Position numbers and translations under genes: made by a program. Under the pieces are notes generated by a model. The model did not search any database. It was not told where the DNA came from and was given only the letters and a program-made list of their open reading frames with translations. Of a stretch of DNA of 39,751 bases, positions 32,812 to 39,696 are shown one piece after another. Origin of the DNA: a virus; IMG/VR virus record IMGVR_UViG_3300045988_091437. One strand, written 5' to 3'. Position 1 is the stretch's first letter, and every line of letters begins with the position of its first letter.

Positions 32812-33582
32812 ATGGCATATCTAGATAAGACGGGGCTTACTGAGTTATGGAAGAAAGTGAAAAGTTATGTGGATGCCAATGGCGGAGGAACACCGACAAC
32901 GATTACAGGAAATGCAGGAACAGCTACAAAACTCCAGACAACACGGGCAATAGATGGCGTTAATTTCAATGGTACGACTGACATTGCCCATTATGCCGTG
33001 TGTTATACGACAGGATCGACCGCCGCAAAGACGGTCAGCCTGTCGAACTTCAAGCTGACAGCTGGTGCAAGAGTGTTCGTGCGGTTCAGCTATGCGAACA
33101 CGGCCGGCAATCCTACACTGAATGTCAACAGTACCGGAGCGAAAGCGATCCAGTACAGAAACAGTGCGATACCGGCAAACCTGATCAAACAGTATGCAGT
33201 ATTGGAGCTGGTGTACAGCGGATCGTATTGGTACGTGGTCGGGGATATTGATGCAGCAGTGCTTCTGTCGACGACAGCAGTAACGCCGTCATCGATAACG
33301 ACGTGGACATATTCTTCAGCAGTCAGTTCCCTGGCGAATTATGATGAAATTCGTGTATGGCTGGAAATTGTGGATGGCCAGAAAGGCTGGGTTACACTTA
33401 ACAGGAGCAATCCGGCAGAGACAGTAATTACTCTGTATCTTACAGCATCCTATAATGCTCGTGTTCAGTTGAAATGGGATACCAGCAACAATAAAGTGGG
33501 TGTATATGTCCGCAATATTGGATCCGGTTGGACAGTGAACCAGGTAAGTATCAAGCGTATTGAAGGGTTGAAACTGAAATAG
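32812..33582 (+). CDS. Tail fibre / receptor-binding protein 2
   Basis: GNAGTATKLQTTRAIDGVNFNGTTDI matches the phage tail-fibre repeat motif. The N-terminus MAYLDKTGLTELWKKVK parallels MAKFLDTAGLTYLWGKIK in fibre 1. Confidence 0.7.
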   Translation: MAYLDKTGLTELWKKVKSYVDANGGGTPTTITGNAGTATKLQTTRAIDGVNFNGTTDIAHYAVCYTTGSTAAKTVSLSNFKLTAGARVFVRFSYANTAGNPTLNVNSTGAKAIQYRNSAIPANLIKQYAVLELVYSGSYWYVVGDIDAAVLLSTTAVTPSSITTWTYSSAVSSLANYDEIRVWLEIVDGQKGWVTLNRSNPAETVITLYLTASYNARVQLKWDTSNNKVGVYVRNIGSGWTVNQVSIKRIEGLKLK

Positions 33583-33592
33583 GAGGGTGAAA

Positions 33593-34255
33593 ATGGCAAG
33601 TATTACAGAGAACTTAAAAAAGATACTGGCGGCAGTTTACGGGCGTGATGTCCGGCAGGCAATCCATGATGGGATTGCAGGGTGCGATGAGAATATCAAA
33701 GCAGAATGCAGCAATCGAGAAAAGGCAGAACAAGAGTTCGCAACAGAAATACAGAATCTGGAGAAAAAGGAAAAGGAATCGAGTACCAAAATCCAGGATC
33801 TGGAAAATCAGTTAACAAAAAGTATCCAAAACTTGGAAGATAAAATCGCAATCGTAACAGCCGGTATTTTCGAAACAGTAGAAGCAGCAACAATAAATGC
33901 ATTAAAAGATTGCAGATGGTATAAACATCCAACAACGTCAATACTTACCTCTATGCCGGCATCTCCTAGTAGGGGATATTATTATCAGAACACAAAAATC
34001 AGTGCAACACCTGGTAGTACATACAGAATAACAGTCTATGTAATGAATGCTGAACAGGACACAGAAAATATCATTGCTGTTGCAAGTGGTTCCGGAACGG
34101 ACAGTTCCTATTCAGATTTCCGGGGATTGGATGTAACTCTGGAAGAGGGAATGCATGATTATTATGTGACTATACCACAAGGATACAATCTGTTGCTGGT
34201 TACTACAGAAAATTATGTTGCTGGAAATATTGCCATCAGCAAATTAAGATTATAA
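33593..34255 (+). CDS. Tail-associated coiled-coil protein with C-terminal beta-rich domain
   Basis: ATG 33593 lies 5 nt after AGGAGGG. N-terminal AAVYGRDVRQAIHDGI, then a coiled coil. Confidence 0.55.
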   Translation: MASITENLKKILAAVYGRDVRQAIHDGIAGCDENIKAECSNREKAEQEFATEIQNLEKKEKESSTKIQDLENQLTKSIQNLEDKIAIVTAGIFETVEAATINALKDCRWYKHPTTSILTSMPASPSRGYYYQNTKISATPGSTYRITVYVMNAEQDTENIIAVASGSGTDSSYSDFRGLDVTLEEGMHDYYVTIPQGYNLLLVTTENYVAGNIAISKLRL

Positions 34256-34276
34256 CAGCAAGAAAGGAAACGAAAC

Positions 34277-34705
34277 ATGAAAAAAGAAATGGTTTGTACT
34301 ATTACAGGAGCAGTCGGTGGAGCGATTGCGTCATTTTTTGGCGGATGGGATTCCGCACTGTACACGCTCATTATTTTCATGGCAATCGACTACTTATCCG
34401 GTCTGATTGTTGCCGGGGTATTCCACAACAGTAAGAAAACGTCAACAGGGACATTAGAAAGTCGGACAGGCTGGAAAGGTCTGTGCAGGAAATGCATGAC
34501 ACTGCTGTTCGTGCTGGTGGCGTACCGGCTGGATTTGGCAATCGGTGTGGATTACATTAGAGATGCAGTGATCATCGGGTTTATTGCCAACGAACTGATT
34601 TCAATCGTCGAAAATGCCGGATTGATGGGCATACCGCTGCCGGCAGTGATTACTGGGGCGATCGATATACTGACACAGAAAGCAGACAAGAAGGGGGACG
34701 CGTGA
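34277..34705 (+). CDS. Holin (phage_holin_4 / toxin-secretion holin family)
   Basis: 142 aa with several TM segments. Contains DYLSGLIVAG...IANELISIVENAGLMGIP. Confidence 0.85.
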   Translation: MKKEMVCTITGAVGGAIASFFGGWDSALYTLIIFMAIDYLSGLIVAGVFHNSKKTSTGTLESRTGWKGLCRKCMTLLFVLVAYRLDLAIGVDYIRDAVIIGFIANELISIVENAGLMGIPLPAVITGAIDILTQKADKKGDA

Positions 34706-34739
34706 GCGTTCCCTCGATTAAAAAAAATAAAAATAACTC

Positions 34740-34780
34740 TTGACTTTTGTACGTACATGAATTAGTATATACGTACGGAC
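34740..34780 (+). promoter_or_regulatory. Promoter with two TACGTAC operator-like repeats
   Basis: TTGACT (34740-45), 17-nt spacer, TAGTAT (34763-68). The palindrome TGTACGTACA (34749-58) lies in the spacer, and a second TACGTAC (34770-76) lies 20 bp downstream. Confidence 0.6.
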
Positions 34781-34797
34781 AAAAGTGAGGTGATAAA

Positions 34798-34986
34798 ATG
34801 TCCCCGAGAACTGGAAGACCTACAGATAATCCTAAAAATATTCGCTTTGAGGTTCGTTTGACAGAAGAACAGGCAAGGATGCTTGCAGAATGTGCAGAAA
34901 GTTTAAACACAACCAAAACAGATGTGATTATCAGAGGAATTGAAAGTATTCATCAAATAGCAGGTCGTATAAACAGAAAAAAATAA
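34798..34986 (+). CDS. Ribbon-helix-helix (CopG/Arc/MetJ-like) small regulator
   Basis: 62 aa. GRPTDNPKNIRFEVRLTEEQARMLAECAESLNTTKTDVIIRGI is RHH-like. SD GAGGTG lies 6 nt upstream. Confidence 0.65.
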   Translation: MSPRTGRPTDNPKNIRFEVRLTEEQARMLAECAESLNTTKTDVIIRGIESIHQIAGRINRKK

Positions 34987-35108
34987 AGAAACAGGTTTCA
35001 GACTACCAATCACACAAACCTGTTTCTCAACAGAAGTTTCCTTCTGTAAATATTATAATGCAGGTGGAAACTTCTTTCAAGAACCAAAATTTGAAAGGGG
35101 TTTAAATT

Positions 35109-35837
35109 ATGAATTTACCACAGATCGTAGAAGTCAAAGGAATTAGAGTATTAACTACAAGACAGATTGCAGAAGCATACGAAGTTAAAGAAATACAGAT
35201 ACATCAGAATTTCAAAAATAATAGAGTTCGATTCGTAGAAGGAAAGCATTATATATCTTTGACCGGAGATGAATTGAAGGAAGTTAAGAAGCACCTAGAA
35301 AAAATCGAGGTGGTCAAAAATAGAACTTCACACCTGTATCTCTGGACTGAAAAAGGAGCTTTGCTCCATGCGAAATCCCTTAACACGGACAAGGCATGGC
35401 AGGTATATGATTATCTGGTTGACTTCTATTTCAGAGTTAAGGAAAAAGAACCGGAGATTCCAGAAAAGAAAGAAGTAGTTCCGGCACAAGTAAAAACAGA
35501 ACCAGTTAAAAGACGAGTTGCAATTCCATATATGGAAGAACCAGTATTTATTTTTAAAAATCTGCTGGCATTGGCAGAAGATCAGGATGTTGTTTTAAAG
35601 ATTAAGGACATTCCGGGATATGACAGCATGTTAAAAGGGAAAAGGATTGCAGTTCATAAAAATCAGATGTTTGAGAAAGTGGTTTATGAAATGGCATATG
35701 AGCTGGCACATTATTTTGTGCATTATAATGCCGGGAATATCATAAATAGTCCTTTGGCAAAAGATTATAATGAACAGGCAGAACGTGCAGCTTTTATGAT
35801 GATTCGTATGTTAGATATTAAAGCAAAACAGAAATAG
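35109..35837 (+). CDS. ORF6N (KilA-N-like) DNA-binding domain fused to an ImmA/IrrE (M78)-like domain with a variant metal motif; antirepressor-like
   Basis: The N-terminal GIRVLTTRQIAEAYEVKEIQIHQNFKNNRVRFVEGKHYISLTGDEL is ORF6N-like. The C-terminal RIAVHKNQ...VVYEMAYELAHYFVH...EQAERAAFMM is M78-like, with YELAH in place of HExxH. Confidence 0.65.
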   Translation: MNLPQIVEVKGIRVLTTRQIAEAYEVKEIQIHQNFKNNRVRFVEGKHYISLTGDELKEVKKHLEKIEVVKNRTSHLYLWTEKGALLHAKSLNTDKAWQVYDYLVDFYFRVKEKEPEIPEKKEVVPAQVKTEPVKRRVAIPYMEEPVFIFKNLLALAEDQDVVLKIKDIPGYDSMLKGKRIAVHKNQMFEKVVYEMAYELAHYFVHYNAGNIINSPLAKDYNEQAERAAFMMIRMLDIKAKQK

Positions 35838-35864
35838 GAGCGACATATATAAATTTAAATCAAT

Positions 35865-35892
35865 GGAGAGCTTGGAAACAGGCTCTCTTTTT
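35865..35892 (+). terminator. Rho-independent terminator between the island and the endolysin gene
   Basis: GGAGAGC (35865-71) pairs with GCTCTCT (35882-88), followed by TTTTT. Confidence 0.55.
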
Positions 35893-35922
35893 GTATACAA
35901 AAACGAAAGGCAGGTAGAGAAT

Positions 35923-36801
35923 ATGAGTTACAAAATCACAAACGCTATATCATCGAACCGAGTCCCGGCATGGGGCAACAAAAAGAAGTATATTGCAGTG
36001 CATTATCTGGGTGTGGTCGGCCAGAACCATGATCTGGCATCTGATGGCTGTGGTGCCCATTTCTATATCTATTGGGACGGCACTATCTACCAGCGTTGCA
36101 GTCTGGATGCGGTACCGTGGGCAGTAGGAACGGCAGGTTATTATGCACAGAAGCACCCGGAAGCCAACAACTATAACACGATCAGCATCGAGATGTGTTG
36201 CAAGTGTGACGGCAATGCCGCAAGTGCGAATGATCCAACATGGTATTTCACGCAGGAAACTCAGGAGGCGTGTGTTTGGCTGGTCAAGCAGCTGATGGGG
36301 CAGCTTGGAATCGCTGCAGACCATGTCCTTCGGCATTATGATATTGTCAACAAGGTATGCCCGGCACCGTATGTGCACAACAACCACTATAATACCAGTT
36401 GGACGTGGAATGAGTTCAAGAAAAAAATTGCCGGATCCGGCGACATTCTTCCGGCAACCACGAAACCATGGTACCGTGTCCGCAAGACCTGGAAGAACGC
36501 CAGCAGCCAGATCGGGGCATTTAAGACGATCAAGAAAGCCAAGCAGTGTGCAGATCAGCATGCCGGTTATCATGTCTACAACGATGCCGGTAAAAAGGTG
36601 TACACATCCGCAAAACTCCCATACAAGGTGCGGCCGAAAACCACAAATGTTCCAATCAGGACAGGACCGGCCAAAACATACAGTGCTGCCAGAACATTTT
36701 TGCAGTCAGGTAAGTACGAGATCGTAGAAGAAAAGAACGGATTCGGCAAGCTGAAAAGCGGTGCAGGATGGGTGTATTTGAAGAAAGTGGAGAGAGTATA
36801 A
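35923..36801 (+). CDS. Endolysin: N-acetylmuramoyl-L-alanine amidase (Amidase_2/PGRP) with C-terminal SH3-like binding repeats
   Basis: ATG 35923. YIAVHYLG...GAHFYI...ISIEMC...LRHYDIVNKVCPAP are Amidase_2 motifs. The C-terminal WYRVRK... and VRPKTTNVPIRTGP...GWVYL segments are SH3-like. Confidence 0.85.
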   Translation: MSYKITNAISSNRVPAWGNKKKYIAVHYLGVVGQNHDLASDGCGAHFYIYWDGTIYQRCSLDAVPWAVGTAGYYAQKHPEANNYNTISIEMCCKCDGNAASANDPTWYFTQETQEACVWLVKQLMGQLGIAADHVLRHYDIVNKVCPAPYVHNNHYNTSWTWNEFKKKIAGSGDILPATTKPWYRVRKTWKNASSQIGAFKTIKKAKQCADQHAGYHVYNDAGKKVYTSAKLPYKVRPKTTNVPIRTGPAKTYSAARTFLQSGKYEIVEEKNGFGKLKSGAGWVYLKKVERV

Positions 36802-36862
36802 AGAGTCAGAAAAGGCTTGACAATACAAGAAAAAAATATATAGAATAGTAGCAGATTAAAAA

Positions 36863-36881
36863 GTAGTCAAAAAAGTAGTCA
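36863..36881 (+). repeat. Two direct GTAGTCA repeats (candidate integrase arm-type sites, left arm)
   Basis: AAGTAGTCA at 36861-69 and 36873-81. The same heptamer recurs twice at 37117-37134. Confidence 0.5.
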
Positions 36882-36915
36882 GAAGCAATAAAGATAAAAG
36901 AAAACCTGATAAAAT

Positions 36916-36987
36916 CAAGCTGTAACGATGAGTGTCATCCTCACTCGTAATGAAGGGGTCGAGGGTTCAAGTCCCTTTTCCAGCTTG
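36916..36987 (+). other. tRNA-like segment (T arm plus acceptor-like closing helix); candidate attP core
   Basis: CAAGCTG (36916-22) pairs with CAGCTTG (36981-87). The T-arm-like segment is GAGGG-TTCAAGT-CCCTT (36961-77). A hairpin GAGTG-TCATCCT-CACTC sits at 36930-46. There is no D arm, so this is not a canonical tRNA. Confidence 0.4.
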
Positions 36988-36998
36988 ACAGAAAAAAT

Positions 36999-37038
36999 AC
37001 CGGAAATCCAGTAAAATCAAGGGTTTCCGGTGTTTTTT
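36999..37038 (+). terminator. Strong rho-independent terminator ending the late/lysis transcript
   Basis: ACCGGAAATCC (36999-37009) pairs with GGGTTTCCGGT (37021-31), followed by GTTTTTT. Confidence 0.75.
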
Positions 37039-37116
37039 GCGTTTTGAAACAGCTATTTTTCTGATGCATAAAAACCGCCTGAAACAGTGCGAAAAAGTGT
37101 AAAATGTTTGGAAAGT

Positions 37117-37134
37117 GTAGTCAAAATGTAGTCA
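37117..37134 (+). repeat. Two direct GTAGTCA repeats (candidate arm-type sites, right arm) overlapping the int 3' end
   Basis: GTAGTCA at 37117-23 and 37128-34, in the same orientation as the left pair. Confidence 0.5.
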
Positions 37135-38293
37135 CTTTTTCAGTGCTGTCAGAAGTATTATTTTGATATGATTTTTTTGCGAAATCGTTCAGCTTCTGGA
37201 TGGATTTTCCTTCCTGCCTCCGCAGTTCTGCGTAGGTATCCAGTAACATCTTCGAATTACTATGCCCCATGATCTCCACCGCTTCCATGATATCAATGCC
37301 GGAATAATACAGCATGGTTGCATATTCATGCCGGAATGTATGCGATCCCAGCCCCGGACACATATCTAGATCGAACTTGATGCGGCCGTTTTCATAGTGA
37401 TGTGTGCCGCCGCAGGCAGTGTTCAATGTCCGCTTGATCCGCTCGAACAGCCTGCGATACTGCGACTTTTTCAGATAGCTGCCATCAGTTCCGGGAAACA
37501 GAAGATTACCCTGTAATGTAGACAGATACTTTTTCAGGACGTCCGCCAGTGGATCCAGCAGATAGATCTCACGCTCTCCACTGTCTGTTTTCGTGTCTTT
37601 GAGCACGGCAGTTTCTCCAACGAACTTAACTGCCTTGTTGACAGTGATCTTTTTCCGGGCAAAATTGATATCAAACCGTGTCAGAGGGATGATCTCCTGT
37701 CGCCGCATTCCGGTATACAGCAACATATGCAGCAGTGTACTTGCCTGCGGATCCAGCTCTAAGTCTTCTAGGTGGATACGTTCCAGCTCTGTCAGTGCCC
37801 GTTTTTTCTTCTTCGGTGCAGGATCTTTTTCGATATTTTCCGCAACATTCTTGAACAGCAGGCCGTCATCAATGGCAGCACGCATGATCTGGTTGACTGT
37901 CTGGTAGTAACGACGCTGCAGATCGGCGTGACCTTTTAGTGCATTGTATCCGGTCTGAACATCTGTTTTTTTAATCTGCAACAGTTTCAGACCATCCAGT
38001 GCGGCAGTGTGGTTTTTCAGAATGTTCCGATAACCTTCGATCGTGTTCGTTTCACGCCCGGATTTGTACAGTTCTAACCACTTCCATTTATACGCCCCGA
38101 ATATCACGTTCTTTTCTGATACATAGATGCCTTTGCTGGTCTGCTCGATCACCTCGGCTTTCTTGCGTTCCAGCTCAGCAACACTACGACCATATACCTG
38201 TATACGGACTCTTTTTCCGTTTTCCGGATTTATTTCATCGGTAGTTACCCATGCGGCGTACCTGCCGTCTTTTCTCTTTTTGTATTTTGCCAT
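37121..38293 (-). CDS. int: Tyrosine integrase
   Basis: 390 aa. N-terminal arm-binding-type domain (KRKDGRYAAWVT). Catalytic motifs TGMRRQE, HTFRHEYAT and GHSNSKMLLDTYAE. Confidence 0.9.
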   Translation of the reverse strand: MAKYKKRKDGRYAAWVTTDEINPENGKRVRIQVYGRSVAELERKKAEVIEQTSKGIYVSEKNVIFGAYKWKWLELYKSGRETNTIEGYRNILKNHTAALDGLKLLQIKKTDVQTGYNALKGHADLQRRYYQTVNQIMRAAIDDGLLFKNVAENIEKDPAPKKKKRALTELERIHLEDLELDPQASTLLHMLLYTGMRRQEIIPLTRFDINFARKKITVNKAVKFVGETAVLKDTKTDSGEREIYLLDPLADVLKKYLSTLQGNLLFPGTDGSYLKKSQYRRLFERIKRTLNTACGGTHHYENGRIKFDLDMCPGLGSHTFRHEYATMLYYSGIDIMEAVEIMGHSNSKMLLDTYAELRRQEGKSIQKLNDFAKKSYQNNTSDSTEKVTTF

Positions 38294-38353
38294 AATATAT
38301 CATCCTCCTTAAAAATGAGTATAAAAAATACACCTGTACAGGTGCTGGAGGAT

Positions 38354-38364
38354 TGTGGTATAAT
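38354..38364 (+). promoter_or_regulatory. Extended -10 promoter candidate (TGgTATAAT)
   Basis: TG at 38356-57 and TATAAT at 38359-64. It lies antisense to the int leader. The 14-bp palindrome CACCTGTACAGGTG (38331-44) sits in the -35 position. Confidence 0.4.
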
Positions 38365-38370
38365 CAGCTT

Positions 38371-38454
38371 GCTTAGAGATGATCATACCGGTCTCCAGAC
38401 CTGTATAGATTCGCTGATCCGCTTCGGTGCTGGTAACACTGGGGCGGATTTTTT
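38371..38454 (+). ncRNA. Candidate ~85-nt sRNA antisense to the lipoprotein-int intergenic region
   Basis: Bounded by the extended -10 promoter and a 13-bp-stem terminator (38417-38449) followed by TTTTTT. No ORF or RBS. Confidence 0.35.
38417..38454 (+). terminator. Rho-independent terminator on the + strand
   Basis: ATCCGCTTCGGTG pairs with CACTGGGGCGGAT (13 bp, 3 G-U pairs), loop CTGGTAA, then TTTTTT. No + strand CDS lies upstream. Confidence 0.65.
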
Positions 38455-38467
38455 GCTTTGATTTTAT

Positions 38468-39148
38468 TTATTCTGAAAATTTCATATTGTCGATAGTATC
38501 TACAAATTCATCATATACACTGTTATCAACAATTTCTTCACCATAGCCATTTGTCTTAGGTATTGCGATATAAATATATACAATTCTATGTCCAGTATCT
38601 ATAGATACAAGATTCATGAAAGTGTTTTTGTAATAGTACATTGTTGATTGAGCAGTTTTGCCATCTACTGAAATATTGTCTGTATAAAATTCTGAATATG
38701 AATCATCATCTTTCAGAGACGAAAGTGGAGCACCTAAAAATGTTTCGGATACGGATGAAATAGATTCGGCGTATTCAAAAAAATTTATCATGATGGGGGT
38801 ATCCTGACAGCGATAAGTTACGCTCGGAAGCTCTGCATCAAGATCAGATTTTATTATTTTCCAGTCATCTGGTATATCTATATCAATTCCGAAATCCTCA
38901 AAAGGAAACGAAAGAGAAGCATCAGATACAGCAAGCGTTTCGGTCTGAGCTGTTGTTTCTGTCTGCACTACGCTTTCTGTTTGTGATTCAGTTTCAGAAG
39001 ATTCATTCTCGGTCTCAGAAAAGCTTTCAGTTTGTTGCTGTGTTTCAGACGAAACGGTCTCTGTGCTGGATGTATTTTTGCTTCCACAGGATGTTGCAGC
39101 AAAAACAGTCAGGCATAATAAAAATGTGGTTAAAATTTTCTTTTTCAT
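38468..39148 (-). CDS. Lipoprotein (candidate superinfection-exclusion moron)
   Basis: 226 aa. Signal peptide plus lipobox-like FAATSC. S/T/E/Q-rich linker. The gene is visibly more AT-rich than its neighbours. Confidence 0.75.
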   Translation of the reverse strand: MKKKILTTFLLCLTVFAATSCGSKNTSSTETVSSETQQQTESFSETENESSETESQTESVVQTETTAQTETLAVSDASLSFPFEDFGIDIDIPDDWKIIKSDLDAELPSVTYRCQDTPIMINFFEYAESISSVSETFLGAPLSSLKDDDSYSEFYTDNISVDGKTAQSTMYYYKNTFMNLVSIDTGHRIVYIYIAIPKTNGYGEEIVDNSVYDEFVDTIDNMKFSE

Positions 39149-39176
39149 ATTTCATTTTCTCCTTTATATGTTTGCA

Positions 39177-39665
39177 TCAAAGGCTTTCGCCTGTGACTTC
39201 ACTTTTCTCCATCACCGCCAGTGACGGCTCAAAGAATACAACATAATTATCTACTTCGACACACACACCATACTTAGAACGGTAGCGGTCAATCGCATCC
39301 TGAAAAAATTCTTCGGTAACTCCAAGATATTCAGCGGCTTCGTGCCTTGAATGACAGCCTTGCTTATATGCATTTACCAGTCCGATCAGACCGATCTGCT
39401 GGTTGTATGCCCAGAGTCTGCCTTTTAATTCCTGTTTGCGGTTCTCTACATCGCTCTGATCGGTGATATCCCCAACGGCGGTGTGATAGTGTCCAATTTC
39501 CTCAGCAAGAACACAGGCTTTTTCAACGGATGTGTCGATTTTGTTGCTGATGGCAACCATTCCATCACAATACAGTCCTTTAATTCTATCACTCTGAAAA
39601 TTGTAGTCTACTATATCTATACCTTCCTTGCAGGCTTGCTCTTGCAATTCTTCATAAGTGTTCAT
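39177..39665 (-). CDS. ImmA/IrrE-like (M78, DUF955) peptidase
   Basis: ATG 39665 after GGGAGG. KACVLAEEIGHYHT...ENRKQELKGRLWAY is M78-like, with EEIGH in place of HExxH. It belongs to the int/repressor lysogeny module. Confidence 0.7.
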   Translation of the reverse strand: MNTYEELQEQACKEGIDIVDYNFQSDRIKGLYCDGMVAISNKIDTSVEKACVLAEEIGHYHTAVGDITDQSDVENRKQELKGRLWAYNQQIGLIGLVNAYKQGCHSRHEAAEYLGVTEEFFQDAIDRYRSKYGVCVEVDNYVVFFEPSLAVMEKSEVTGESL

Positions 39666-39696
39666 TGTAAAAACCTCCCACTCTTGTATATTTGAA

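Noticed and set aside
34988-35026. An 11-bp-stem hairpin (GAAACAGGTTT/AAACCTGTTTC) after the RHH gene, considered as a + strand terminator.
   Set aside because: No T-run follows on the + strand; the T-run is on the - strand, where no gene needs it. It is more likely an attenuator, processing or stabilising hairpin, so it was not called as a terminator.
36916-36987. A tRNA gene call for the T-arm-containing segment next to int.
   Set aside because: It has no D arm. The acceptor register conflicts with the T stem (3 extra nt). The putative anticodon loop TCATCCT lacks U33 and a purine at 37. It was treated as a tRNA-like attP core instead.
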